Positions 26,401 to 37,131 of a DNA stretch of 64,000 nucleotides are shown here, in pieces. The number at the start of each line of letters is the position of its first letter. The stretch's first letter is position 1. Source of the DNA: Phoronis australis (lineage: Eukaryota; Animalia; Phoronida); contig NMRA01000685.1 of assembly GCA_002633005.1 (NCBI GenBank), positions 1-64,000 on the forward strand. The letters run 5' to 3'. The notes below the pieces were generated by a model. The model saw only the letters and a program-made list of their open reading frames with translations, was not told the DNA's origin and ran no database searches. The position numbers and the translations under genes were made by a program.

Positions 26401-29400
26401 CAAATTAACAGTATATGAACTGATTTCCCTTCGTTACAAGTTTTAGTATTTCAATACAAGTAAACCAAATTTCATAGCAAACTTTGTTTCAGCTAAGTTG
26501 TCATCATCTCCCGAAAAATGTCGCAATGAATTAGCAAATGGAGCGTGTGCATGTCACAAGCATACTGTTATAAAGTCGACAATAAACTTTTTCTTAGTTA
26601 AACAAACGGAGGATTAAGTGAGAAAATGACGTTTATTAGATTGTTTTCTACTTGAACAGATGAAATGGTCATGGTGAGTGTCTGTTGACTTCCAAAATTT
26701 TGCATTCATCCCCGCCAGTCTTCAGCTCTACATGTTGGTATAATTTCACAAGCTGACAATCAGAACTACAATGGTTCTTGCATGTTTGGAACCATCACAT
26801 TTTTACGTGCGTGCTGTTACAATCGATGGTAAACTAGGCAGTCAGTGTCCTAAACAACTATGCATAACACAAATTTTTTAGTGGTTCTTCTTTTTCTTGG
26901 TTAAAGTGACCACACTTTAGCTGTATTTGACGATCCTGATAGTCTTCATATAGCTAGCTGACTGACTAATCTCTGTTGTAATTATCAACACCATTCGTCC
27001 TCGATCTTTCTGTGGTGTCTTGTGATTTGGTCAGTTTTATGGTGCCCCGGATTTTTATACTGCTAGTGGGAGGCTTCCGGCAGTCTTTCAGCACACAATC
27101 GGGCCATCACAGGGCTCGACATTAACAGTAGTCCGACTAGCAGGGACAACGAATTTGTTGGTCCAGACAAGCTCAGGGCCGAGCAGCTTGTCCAACAGGT
27201 CAAGTTAATGAATTTTTGAAAACTATAATAATTCTGAACGATCAGAAAATATTTGTTGCAGTGATAACTCACTTATTTAGCCATCAGTGTCGGTATTATG
27301 CGGCGCAAATCAGCAAGGTGTTTAGATTATGCAGTAACTGACTGGACGCGATCCGAAACACTTGCATTTCAATAGTTCTAGCCAAATTCAAGTGTTCTCA
27401 TTTAAAATACATGGAAGTATTTCAAGTAATCTCGCAGAGTTATGATTTTAGCTAGGTCCTAACGTAGGTCTGAGCAATTTGAACGCATGCCAGGTTCTCA
27501 ATGCTTCGTCTCATACAGAGGGCGCCTCAAACCAGTTTGTTCAATTTATAAAACCAAACTGCAATCATTTGCACTTCAACACATTTTGACACTATTGTTA
27601 CAATTAATGACTTAAATTATTTACGTACTATAAGACTCAATAATAGTAGCGATAACTCGCTAGCGCATATCTATAAAACTTTACAACATTAACTGTCTTA
27701 ATCCATATGTGGAAAGTGTCGTCTGCGCGGGTGCCTGCAGTTGCAATACCGAAAAAATACTTTGCGTATGGTTTCAAGTCAATGAGCTCCAATCTTGCAA
27801 CTGGTAACCAACCCAAAGGGGGTGAAGCCAGCAAGCAACAGTATGAAATGAATAAACGAAAACGGTAATTCCATCCGAAATGGAATGAAGATTTTGACTG
27901 GTTACGGTATGATAGCGACTAGAAAATGTGTTGTGTCCCGTGTGAAAAATACGTCGACGCAAACAGTTCATCTCTTAGGTCTGGGTCAGATGTGTTTAGG
28001 ATCGAATCTTTGAAATGTCACCAACGGCTCACTCAGCAGCTTATAAAAAAACATTCCATAACTGAATTGAAAAGCCAAGGTAAAGCTATAGCGTGTTCAT
28101 ACACTGGTGAAATACGAATACAAATACAAATACCCTCTTTCATAAACTTGTGCAAAACTTAAATGTCGTGTAATATATGCTCTTTCACGTTTATTAAGAC
28201 TGGAGTGTGCTAACAGGTATGATGAGCGATATTCACATGATATGTTTGAAAAGTATAATTTGAATTTAATTGGACAACTGTCTTATAAGTCAGGACAAGT
28301 AAATTTCATTTCTACTTGCCCGACAGGACAAGTTACAATAAAAGTTAATGTTGAGCCCTGCATCAGGGATGAGCACCTAGATTGGGTTTTGGTCAAACTT
28401 GGGTAAATGCGTTTTAACTGATGAGTACAAGTAGGCAATTACATAGCCCTGGATGACACAGGCACACAAGGGCGATACTACATCCCCACAAAAAGTTACA
28501 AATTTCAAAATACAGGAAATAAAATCAAATGAAACATGCACATGGAGTTATAATTAACACATACCCTAAGTCTAGAGACAATTCAGACAAGATTTTGAAC
28601 AAATCGATGAAAATATGTCTCGGTTTGCTTGAGTTTTTCTTACCGGGTGCCATTTTGAAATAGTGAAATCACGTATGTTGACGAATAAAAAGACCAAGGG
28701 ACACAAATCTTACAAATTTCACCAGATTCCTTCCCTAGCCAGCCAGCCAGCTGAATGAAAACTATCGTCAAAATACAGCGAGGTACCACTGTGAGTTAAT
28801 CTTCCATAGACCCCAAAACTGCACTCAGCCAGGGTAGTTCTGCTCGTCAACTCGCCGTGAAACTTTTTTCAACATGTAAAGCTAAAGACCGAACGGGGTG
28901 CATGCAAAATCTGGGAGTCTACCAATACTCACCTTGCCCGTTACAACCGTTTAAGTGAAAAACAATGCAACAAACGTAATTTTCTTGCGTCATTCTCAAC
29001 CTTTTGTAACAATGAAAAGTATGTTGTTTTGAAAACAGTACGCTTGTGTCATGCACATGTGCCATTTCCTAAATTTTTGCGATAACTTCGCAGCAGCAAA
29101 ATTTGTTCTGAAATTCGATTTTTCGATATCGAAATTATAAAAACTTGTAATGAAGTGAAACCAGTTCCAATAATTTGTTGTGACATGTACGCAACCTCGT
29201 CAAACAACAAGAGTTGATTAAAGAATTGGCGAAAAAAGAAACTGGCCAACAGGTGACGCAATATTTCATGGCGCCGAAAGCCCACACAGAAGATCGCTCC
29301 ACAACTTTAGCAGCAGAACTAATGGTAGAATGCCATTTTTCCAACGCCGTTAAATAATTTAGTTTACTCAAGGAAGACCGTAGTTTTTAATGACACTAAT

Positions 29401-32400
29401 TCTATGTCAAATTTTATCTTACCACTTTTTTATCCACATCGGCGCAAAGCTGTATATTTAGTATACAGCTTTGTACCAAGGCTAATACCTTCCCATGCTA
29501 CTTTGCAACTGTCATGCGCCAGCGTCACGCGCTTCGCTCAGTCTCGCGTTAGCCTTTGCCTAACTCACGTGACTCAGTTGAAATACTTTGTGGTTATCGC
29601 ACGCGGGGTGAAAAAGTTAACTTTGACCAAAAAAGTGGAGTTGGAATTCTTCACCAAAGTCACCTCAATTCTCAAAACTAAGCTTTATCGAAGATATGTG
29701 TAGAAGTAGAAAGGACCACTGAAGAAAGTAAGCGCTTTTTTAAGTGATAGTTTTAAGTGTGGAATATATTTTTGACGAGATTTGGCCTATCGCCGTTTAA
29801 AATACACTGGACGAATTTCGTACAAAAAGCGATGGGAAGTATTGTAATCCCTAACCGGCCAACCGAGGAGCTACGTGTTGCCTAGAGTACTAAAAGCTTA
29901 GTTAGTGTAGTGAACCTACAGCAATACATCTCCATACAGCCTGTGTTTAAATTAATCCCAGTATAATAAACACTGCATTTGGCAAATAAAGGATATTAAA
30001 CACAGTGTACAGAGACAAGGCACTGGTCGGATATAATGGTCCCGGACGTCTGAAATTTGGAAATGCGAGCTGAGATTTTTGTCAGCTCGTATCAAGTCGC
30101 AAAATGCGACCTGGACTTTCCAACGAATGCGAGCTGAGTTTTTACACTTCTCAACAGATACAAGGCAAATACAAAGCAGCTCTTGTTAATCCGACCGTTA
30201 TTTGGTTGTTGCCAAATCCAAGATCAAAAGAATACTAACCGAGAACAACCCTCCCGATGACTTGTAAGCAAGTCACGTGAACATGGGATATGCAGAATCG
30301 ATCTTTGACGCGTTTCATTGGCTAACACTTTCGGCCACTTTTGTAAATTCCCGGATTCGCTGAAGAAAGTTTCGGGCCACTGCTTAGCACGTGATAAAAC
30401 TTCACAAAACAACAGTGTTTCTACTAATTCTTAAGCGATCAACTTACCAAACTTTGTGGTGGACAAAAATGTTTATTTTTCACATAAAATGTCCTTATTA
30501 CATGTACCAAATATCCACGACAATATCCCTGATATCGCACTGCGGCACCGTTAGCGCGCAAGCGGTCCCGGCAGACAATCGTGACTTAGACTGAGATGTG
30601 CTTCTCCTTTTTATCGTATTAAGACAGCCAAAGTGAAAATTACAACCTTATTAATCGCCAAACGACGGTCACGTCTTTACTTTCAGTTGCCAAGAAATTC
30701 TCAAACCCTTTACTTGTTTCTGGGGCTACGTGCGCGAAATATGATTTGTCTTTCACACGTTGTTGCCAACGTAAAGTGTAGGCCTACTCCAGCGATTCAA
30801 GTGCGTGAACTCACGCGTGCGCACCACTTCAAAGAACAGCGACAGTCCTAAATGAAAGAGTATACCGGCTTGGCTCTGGTTTATTTGAAAATGAACTCAG
30901 ATTCCCAGCGGTTATAAAAGACCCGATGTCCCGGGACCGATATAACCCAGAACTAACGTTATCCTGTTCCGATGTTTCCCGAGGTCGATGTTCTGTAAAC
31001 CCTGTATTCTATGCCCGTAGCCAGCTATTGCAACTAAACTGGCACTAGATGCGAAATTGTGGTTCAAGTTAGCGAACTTTTCATTCTTCTCTTTATCCAC
31101 CCCCCGGCAACTTTTCGCTCCCCGAACCACCGTCGCCGTAAAATGTTCAGACTCCTATAGAAACAACCTTGTTCCGGCTGAAGCGGGCAGTTAAAAAAAT
31201 CATTCCGGGTGGCTAAAAAGGGTACAATGTAGGTGGTAACGATATCCAGAAAGTCACCCCTACCAGATGGAGTTTGCCTCGCAAAATCGTATTATTATAA
31301 CGTTTCTTACCATTGCAGCGTTTTAATATCTTATTACCGCAAACACTGAGGTTAACGACTATGCTCACGCACAAGCCTACTCCCTACCTTTAAAGTGTTT
31401 CATAATAAGCGCTCACTGATCTATTAAAAGTCCCCCCTTAAATTTTGAGAATTTCCAATTAAGCGCCCACAGTTCAAGCTAGCGCCCATCATAGCGCACT
31501 ACAAACGACCGCGTGTGGTTTAAAATTGACACGCAGCTTATATGGTGTGTCACTTTCATTTTACACAACTTCAGTTTTCAAAAACGTCTTTTCACAATAT
31601 GTAAAAACCAAATCCCGGCTATGTTTTATACCTCAGAAAGAAAGTTAACACTAGTGACATGCGTGTCGTTTTGTGACTGACTTTCCCGTACTTGGAAGGT
31701 ATTGAGGAGCAAACTCGCCATTACCCGAGTTAGTTTGAATCGTTAACTACTTTGATGACAGCCAGTAGCAGGCCAGATCTAACAAAATCCCGGATACTTT
31801 TTCAACGGGCATTTTCTACCTTTTCACATCGCAAATTTAGCTACTCGAATGCACAAGTCAGTTAGAAAGCACTGATTCAACTTTCACGTCGGCAACTAGC
31901 CTTGCGCTCTAGAGTCTTTCAATGGCGGTCGTGAAGAACAGTAAAGCCGTACCTGCATGAATGAAGTCAATTTTGAGATCCGAAATTTGTGAGTATTTAA
32001 CGCTGCAGGTAAGAGCATAATCTAAACATTTTTTCGATGATCTAAAAAATCTATTTTGGCGCGTAAAAAAAGCGGGAAAATTTTGCGACTTGGCATTTAC
32101 AAATGCGAGCTGGATTTTGAAAATGCGACCTGGGATTTTGGCTAGGTCACAAAATGCGACCTGGCGATTTTAATAGCGTCGAGCCCTGATATATAAAGTC
32201 GACGTCACTTCAGAGGTCGGTTAACATAGCAAGATCGTTAACAGATAAGGCAGTCAGTAAGCGGGTGCTCCAAATGGAGGCACCCCACTTTGTTATTTCA
32301 GAAAGGCAGATAGCTTGCTGACAAAGATATCAAGAGAAGGGACTGATGTAATGCAGCCCGGCAAGCTATTCTAGTCCACGACTGTTCTGGGAAAGCATGT

Positions 32401-33129
32401 CTTTTTCCTGTAATCTGTCCTATTCATTGGAGTGCTATAGTTGGACGACCTTCTGGTACAGATGCCTGAGACAGTAAGACCTGCTACAGGGGCAACATCA
32501 GAGTTGATGATCACCGACTTCTTGTCATATTTGTAAAACATTAGCTGACAGATTTTGCGTCTGTGGCTTAGGCTGGACCATTTTAGGGTTTCTAATATTG
32601 AGCCAACAGAGGATAGACGATTGAACCGTCTCGTGACCCAACGAGCAGCTTTCCTCTGTAGTTTCTCTATAGCAGCAATGTCTTTTTGGGTATAAGGGTC
32701 CCAAACAGTAGAGGCGTATTCCAACGTGGGTCAAACCATTGTCTTGTATGCAAACTCCTTACAATGTTGGCTGCTTATACGTAAGTTTTGCCAAAGAAAG
32801 GCCAGAGTTTTATTTGCTTTTTATGTGGGATGACCATTTGAGGTCACGCGAGATGGTGATGCCCATATATTTAGCCTCCTTGACCGACTTTAGCGTGTGA
32901 TTGTGAAGAACCACTTTCATCCACTAAACACTAGACAGTGATGCAAGCACAGGTCAACATCCAAAACCTTACCTTCAGTGGTCAGGCGACAGAAGGGTTG
33001 AATCAAATCAACAAACGACAAATTGTTTTTCATACAAACTGCCTCGGCATCGTCACTACATAGAACAGTAACGCATGGACTGAAAGCATTTTGGATGAAT
33101 TCCTGAGCAGACTGCTTGCAATAAGCCAT
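14413..33129 (-). CDS. TRAPPC8: Trafficking protein particle complex subunit 8 (TRAPPIII, Trs85 homologue), 5' part; 12 coding exons, 3' exons not found in window
   Basis: Exons in transcript order: 33129-32973, 24069-23869, 23571-23316, 22995-22833, 22037-21878, 20809-20535, 20042-19936, 19452-19302, 17604-17501, 16215-16110, 15682-15551, 14484-14413. All introns GT-AG with matching phases; 1884 nt = 628 codons. Recognisable TRAPPC8 peptides: MAYCKQSAQEFIQNAFSP, STPWFEAYR, SEHEFLRHYLAC, SLFSATKKWFG, PEMQMRRLADLAF, DLRSALLLEQAAHCF, RKYAFHMILAGHRFSKA, QVYKGKQWTLAE. Confidence 0.95.
15011..15106. repeat. ~28-bp tandem repeat, about 3.3 copies
   Basis: caagccaatgacatgccat[tc]acttata repeated. 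Confidence 0.85.
15251..15576 (-). repeat. 47-bp minisatellite, 7 diverged copies, overlapping a TRAPPC8 exon end and donor site
   Basis: tgtgcc anchor at 15263, 15310, 15357, 15404, 15451, 15498 and 15541. Confidence 0.9.
18060..19028 (+). mobile_element. HINE-like element copy 2 (5' end eroded)
   Basis: Same internal repeats (aatttcat.aaaatcc, gagatacagagg, ccact.gg.ggc, cagtagtcag) and a degenerate 3' end acataaatatgccagcacataaa. Confidence 0.7.
21250..21313. repeat. Interrupted (TG)n microsatellite
   Basis: Directly visible. Confidence 0.9.
24605..24784. repeat. 31-bp minisatellite, about 6 copies
   Basis: Unit attaattgtaccagtcaggtaacatcacta[ct]. Confidence 0.92.
27110..28360 (+). mobile_element. 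Internally deleted hAT-like transposon with a zinc-finger remnant
   Basis: TIR cagggctcgacattaac / gttaatgttgagccctg; catca directly on both sides; subterminal gacaag repeats. Confidence 0.8.
27821..28030 (+). pseudogene. Decayed N-terminal zinc finger of a hAT (ZNF862-like) transposase
   Basis: One frame reads KQQYEMNKRKR*FHPKWNEDFDWLRYDSD*KMCCVPCEKY...GSDVFRIESLKCHQ, with two in-frame stops. The R-x-F-x-x-x-W...F-x-W-L...M-x-C-x-x-C...G...FR...L..H pattern is typical of this finger. Confidence 0.7.
28740..29300. mobile_element. Dispersed repeat (reverse-complement copies at about 39390-39910 and 26300-26760)
   Basis: Shared ttggccagtttcttt.ttc.ccgattctt.aatcaact, ctttacatgttga and gattttgcatgcacc blocks; homologous pseudo-peptides WPVS.FA.S.IN appear in the ORF track. 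Confidence 0.75.
30050..32188. mobile_element. Composite DNA-transposon remnant with a hAT-like right end
   Basis: Ends in gcgtcgagccctg; aatgcga[gc]ctg repeats at both ends; interior shared with 450-1200. Left TIR not found. Confidence 0.55.
32371..32910 (-). mobile_element. 5'-truncated non-LTR retrotransposon (CR1-group LINE) ORF2 C-terminal fragment, degenerate
   Basis: KYMGITISRDLKW, KANKTLAFL, AYKTMV*PTLEYASTVWDPYTQKDIAAIEKLQRKAARWV, FPRTVVD are typical post-RT motifs; interrupted by a stop and frameshifts; begins about 60 nt into TRAPPC8 intron 1. Confidence 0.88.
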
Positions 33130-33194
33130 GTTTGCAGAATTTGAAAACTTTTAGAGACAGGAGATTGTTAGAATCTTCAAAACTCTATGGCAGC

Positions 33195-33300
33195 AAAAAG
33201 GGGAAGTTTCTGTCTTGACTGTCCTCCATTTTTGATCATGTGGCATGACGTCATAGCATGCAGCGCTTGCTATCGGAAAGTAATCATGACGCTTGTTATT
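33195..33300 (-). promoter_or_regulatory. Putative TRAPPC8 proximal promoter
   Basis: Palindromic CRE TGACGTCA at 33246-33253 and YY1-like CCATTTT at 33226-33232, 100-125 nt upstream of the ATG. Confidence 0.5.
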
Positions 33301-34667
33301 TTTCTAGTAACCTGAGGTACGTAGTAAGTATATAGTAGAACCATCAGTAAATAAAACGTATGCTTAACATCGGCATGGGTAGATACAACAAAAGAAACAT
33401 TGGCACAAGTGCTAGTTAGCGATAGAAGATGCTTGTGTAGAAAACTATTTACAGAGAGGTATAGAAGACTATGTGCAGATCGAATGGACCATATTGAATC
33501 GCGACAAATGCTGACGCCAATGTTCAGCTCACCACAGAGAATGTCCGAAGTCATGAAACAATGTCAAAATACCTTTAAAATAAAGAATAATATGTCTAAC
33601 ATGGGTGCTGTGTCTTATGACCGGCTACAGTTTACATGGTAGGTGTCACAATGCACCACTGATGTAGCCTAGGGTTCCATAAAATTGCGTGAAGTTGAAA
33701 AAACGACAAAGTAGAAACAGGCCCTCTTTTGTTACAATAACTTGTCCAATCGAAACGAATAATTGCGTTTTGGAAACTCAGCGAGACATATTTAAAGGGA
33801 AAGTCAACGTTTTTTATCAACAAAAAATAAATTTTAATTACCACCATGTTTACTGAGTGAAGCCAAATCTCAAATCATTTACGAGACCTCATTGGCGTGT
33901 TTCTTGAAAAAAAAGTTTCAAGAGATATTTTAGTGAATAATAATTTTGTAATACACAAAAAACGGCGATGGCATTATTTTTTTAAACCTTTGCCTTATCT
34001 GAAATTGGCTGTGTGGCACTGCTTTTCAAGAAGCGCAGTGAATTTTTTTCGGAATCATTTACGAGACGTGCATAAATTCAACAATAGTGCGTTGATTAAA
34101 ATGAAGATGTGGAAACTAAAATAACTCTACAAGCGGCTATGGTGATGTGCGAAATCACTGCACAGTTTTGAAAGGCTTGGCGAACATTTATGAAAAAAAC
34201 TGGCATTTGAAATCGGTTGCTTATCATTTACGAGCCTTCATTTACGGGACGACAATTTTATAATTAGGTCAAGTCCAATTAATTTCACCTACTATTGGCA
34301 TGTGTGACATGAATATAGGTCAATTTTTCAAGAACGAGCACGTGCGCTTCAGCTGACATCGATACTGTCTGAAAATATTCGCTAAAGAAGTCAACAGAAC
34401 TTTTGGATAAGTTTTCAGTAATGTCACTTTTATAATTCACGTTTTAGGGTCGTTATTAACGTACTAGAAGAAGTGACGAAATGCTTCCTGTGAAACATAC
34501 TTTGATTAGAATTTGCTTGACGTTGGTCTTGATAAGTTCTCGTAAAAAATTGTCACGTAAATGATATCCAGTGTCCCGTAAGTGATTTGTTCTATTTTCA
34601 CTCAAATTCATTTCATTTTTAAGTAGTAATTAAATTATTATCTGTGACGATACATAACTTAATGCAG

Positions 34668-35102
34668 NNNNNNNNNNNNNNNNNNNNNNNNNNNNNNNNN
34701 NNNNNNNNNNNNNNNNNNNNNNNNNNNNNNNNNNNNNNNNNNNNNNNNNNNNNNNNNNNNNNNNNNNNNNNNNNNNNNNNNNNNNNNNNNNNNNNNNNNN
34801 NNNNNNNNNNNNNNNNNNNNNNNNNNNNNNNNNNNNNNNNNNNNNNNNNNNNNNNNNNNNNNNNNNNNNNNNNNNNNNNNNNNNNNNNNNNNNNNNNNNN
34901 NNNNNNNNNNNNNNNNNNNNNNNNNNNNNNNNNNNNNNNNNNNNNNNNNNNNNNNNNNNNNNNNNNNNNNNNNNNNNNNNNNNNNNNNNNNNNNNNNNNN
35001 NNNNNNNNNNNNNNNNNNNNNNNNNNNNNNNNNNNNNNNNNNNNNNNNNNNNNNNNNNNNNNNNNNNNNNNNNNNNNNNNNNNNNNNNNNNNNNNNNNNN
35101 NN
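34668..35102. other. Assembly gap (435 N)
   Basis: Run of N. Confidence 1.
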
Positions 35103-35750
35103 GTGATCTGTGACATGTATTGAATCACATGGAATTGGTTTTGTGTGGTACCTCGAATGTATGTGCTAGCTCATTTTTGGGGGGGTCCTTTTTGGTTTCT
35201 GCCGGACCCATTCCAGAGTGCAATTTGTCTGTCATGGATCATTTGGTGTTCAGTGCGGTACTATTGTTCGTTTAAAATCAGTTTTGGCCGGTACCTCGAA
35301 AATCTAGTCTAGCTCAAATTTTTGATGGCATACCATGGTTGAGATTTTTGGGGGTTTCTGCCGGGCACAACCCAGAGTGTATTTTGTCTGTCATAGGGGT
35401 TTTAGTGATCTGTGACATGTATTGAATCACATGGAATTGGTTTTGTGTGGTACCTCGAATGTATGTGCTAGCTCATTTTTGGGGGTCCTTTTTTGGCTTC
35501 TGCCGGACCCATTCCAGAGTGCAATTTGTCTGTCATGGGTCATTCGGTGTTCAGTGCGGCATTATTGTTCGTTTTAAATCAGTTTTGGTTGGTACCTCGA
35601 ATATCTAGTCTAGCTCATTTTTTGGGGTCTTTGTAAGGCCCCCAGGGGTCACACCCAGAGTGCAGACAACGGCAGACGTCCATTTCTGTACATTCAGAGG
35701 TGGACTTTAAATGCTCCCGTGGTCAGATGTTGGTACCTCGTTCATCTATG
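35103..35750. repeat. Satellite-like array, ~302-bp period built of ~150-bp subunits, abutting the gap
   Basis: gtgatctgtgacatgtattgaatcacatgg at 35103 and 35405; ggtacctcg recurs about every 142-160 bp. Confidence 0.88.
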
Positions 35751-36536
35751 CTAAGTGCTCTGGGCTGCCGGTCTAGATGGAGGGAGGGAGACGTTTATTT
35801 GAGAGGTCAAAATATTTCAGAACATTAAGTCGATAGGAGATTCTTGAAATTTTCTTAAGAGCCACTAAAAGCCAGAAACCACCTCACAATGAATAAAGTA
35901 CCGGATCACATTGTGCCCCGCGGTACTGAACTATCGTGCACACCAAGAAGTTAAAGATAAGAAACTCAAAATAATCAGTAGGTCTACTTACAAGATGCAT
36001 CTAGTATCCTCAAAAATGTGCATGTATCTATCTAAAATATAAATGTATATAGGCACAGAAAATAGGCCTAACTACCTACCGGTCGTACAAGAAAATAGAG
36101 GATAAGTTATTGGTTCAGTACCGAAAAAATGGAACAAAAGAAGGAATGAAATTAGAAACCTAATCATGTTTGGCACAACATGGCAAGCAAAGCTCAATTA
36201 ATTTATGTATTTTGCACTGCACAGATGAGCATATCAACGCTTAAGAAGTGAAAAGTATGACATATCTCCGAAAAAAAATTCAACGATTCTGGAAGGCACA
36301 AATTCTGCAGTTAGTATTAAACCATATCCCGAATAGTTTTGAAACATGTGAATTTTGGCAGCTCCTGTTGATACGGTGTGTATGGAAGGAGTAAATGTCT
36401 TTTGATTTATGTTTAGTGGAAAAGCATGACAATTAATAACTGTTGGTCAGCGGTATCGGTAACGAATTGAGCGGTGGAAGTGTAACACAAAAATCGGTAT
36501 ACGCCTCTGCCGCTGTGATAAATCAAGACTGGCAGT

Positions 36537-36859
36537 CAGAAGCGGATCCAGGATTTTGAGTTGGGGGGGGGGGGGGGGGGGNCAGAATTTGGGCAGATGC
36601 ACGCCCCCACCCTAAAATGTTGGGATGTAGGGGTCTCGAATATTTTGGTTTGCGGACTTGTTGGCTAAAAAAAAAACGGTAAACGGGGTTTGTTCAGGGC
36701 CTATGCAATGATTCTTCACCCCTCTCCTGAGCCCCCCTGGATGCGCGCATGTGTGCGTGCTAGTCAGCAATTCGCACCCGAACCCCCAAATGGTATCTGG
36801 TAGAATTTTAGGGGGGGGGGGCATGGCCCCCTTGCCCCTCCCCTCTAAATCCGCCAGTG
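36537..36859. mobile_element. TIR MITE with G/C homopolymer runs, just upstream of the TMEM231 promoter
   Basis: cagaagcggatccagg ... taaatccgccagtg, with (g)gcagt on both flanks. Confidence 0.65.
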
Positions 36860-36999
36860 GCAGTAACATATAATCTCGACAAAAACGGGGGCAAGGGACT
36901 ATTAGAGGTCCTTTAGAAAATTTTGGACATGAAACGTAAAAGTTGTTTAAAGAAAGGAGGTTCAGAGATTTATGTAATGGTTCTGCGTGATTTCACTTA

Positions 37000-37131
37000 T
37001 ATCACGTGAGCGCAGGCGCTGGAAGCCATGTTACGAGCAGACGAATTTGATATGACGAGACATCTGGTGTGCGATTTGGACCAATCAAAAAGCAATAATC
37101 AGTTACTTCCGGAAGTTTGTTTGAAAATGGC
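37000..37131 (+). promoter_or_regulatory. Putative TMEM231 proximal promoter
   Basis: E-box TCACGTGA 37002-37009, CCAAT at 37081, palindromic double ETS site ACTTCCGGAAGT 37105-37116, YY1-like AAAATGGC over the ATG. Confidence 0.55.

Noticed and set aside
34619-35128. Long ORFs on both strands
   Set aside because: Made of X residues from the N gap.
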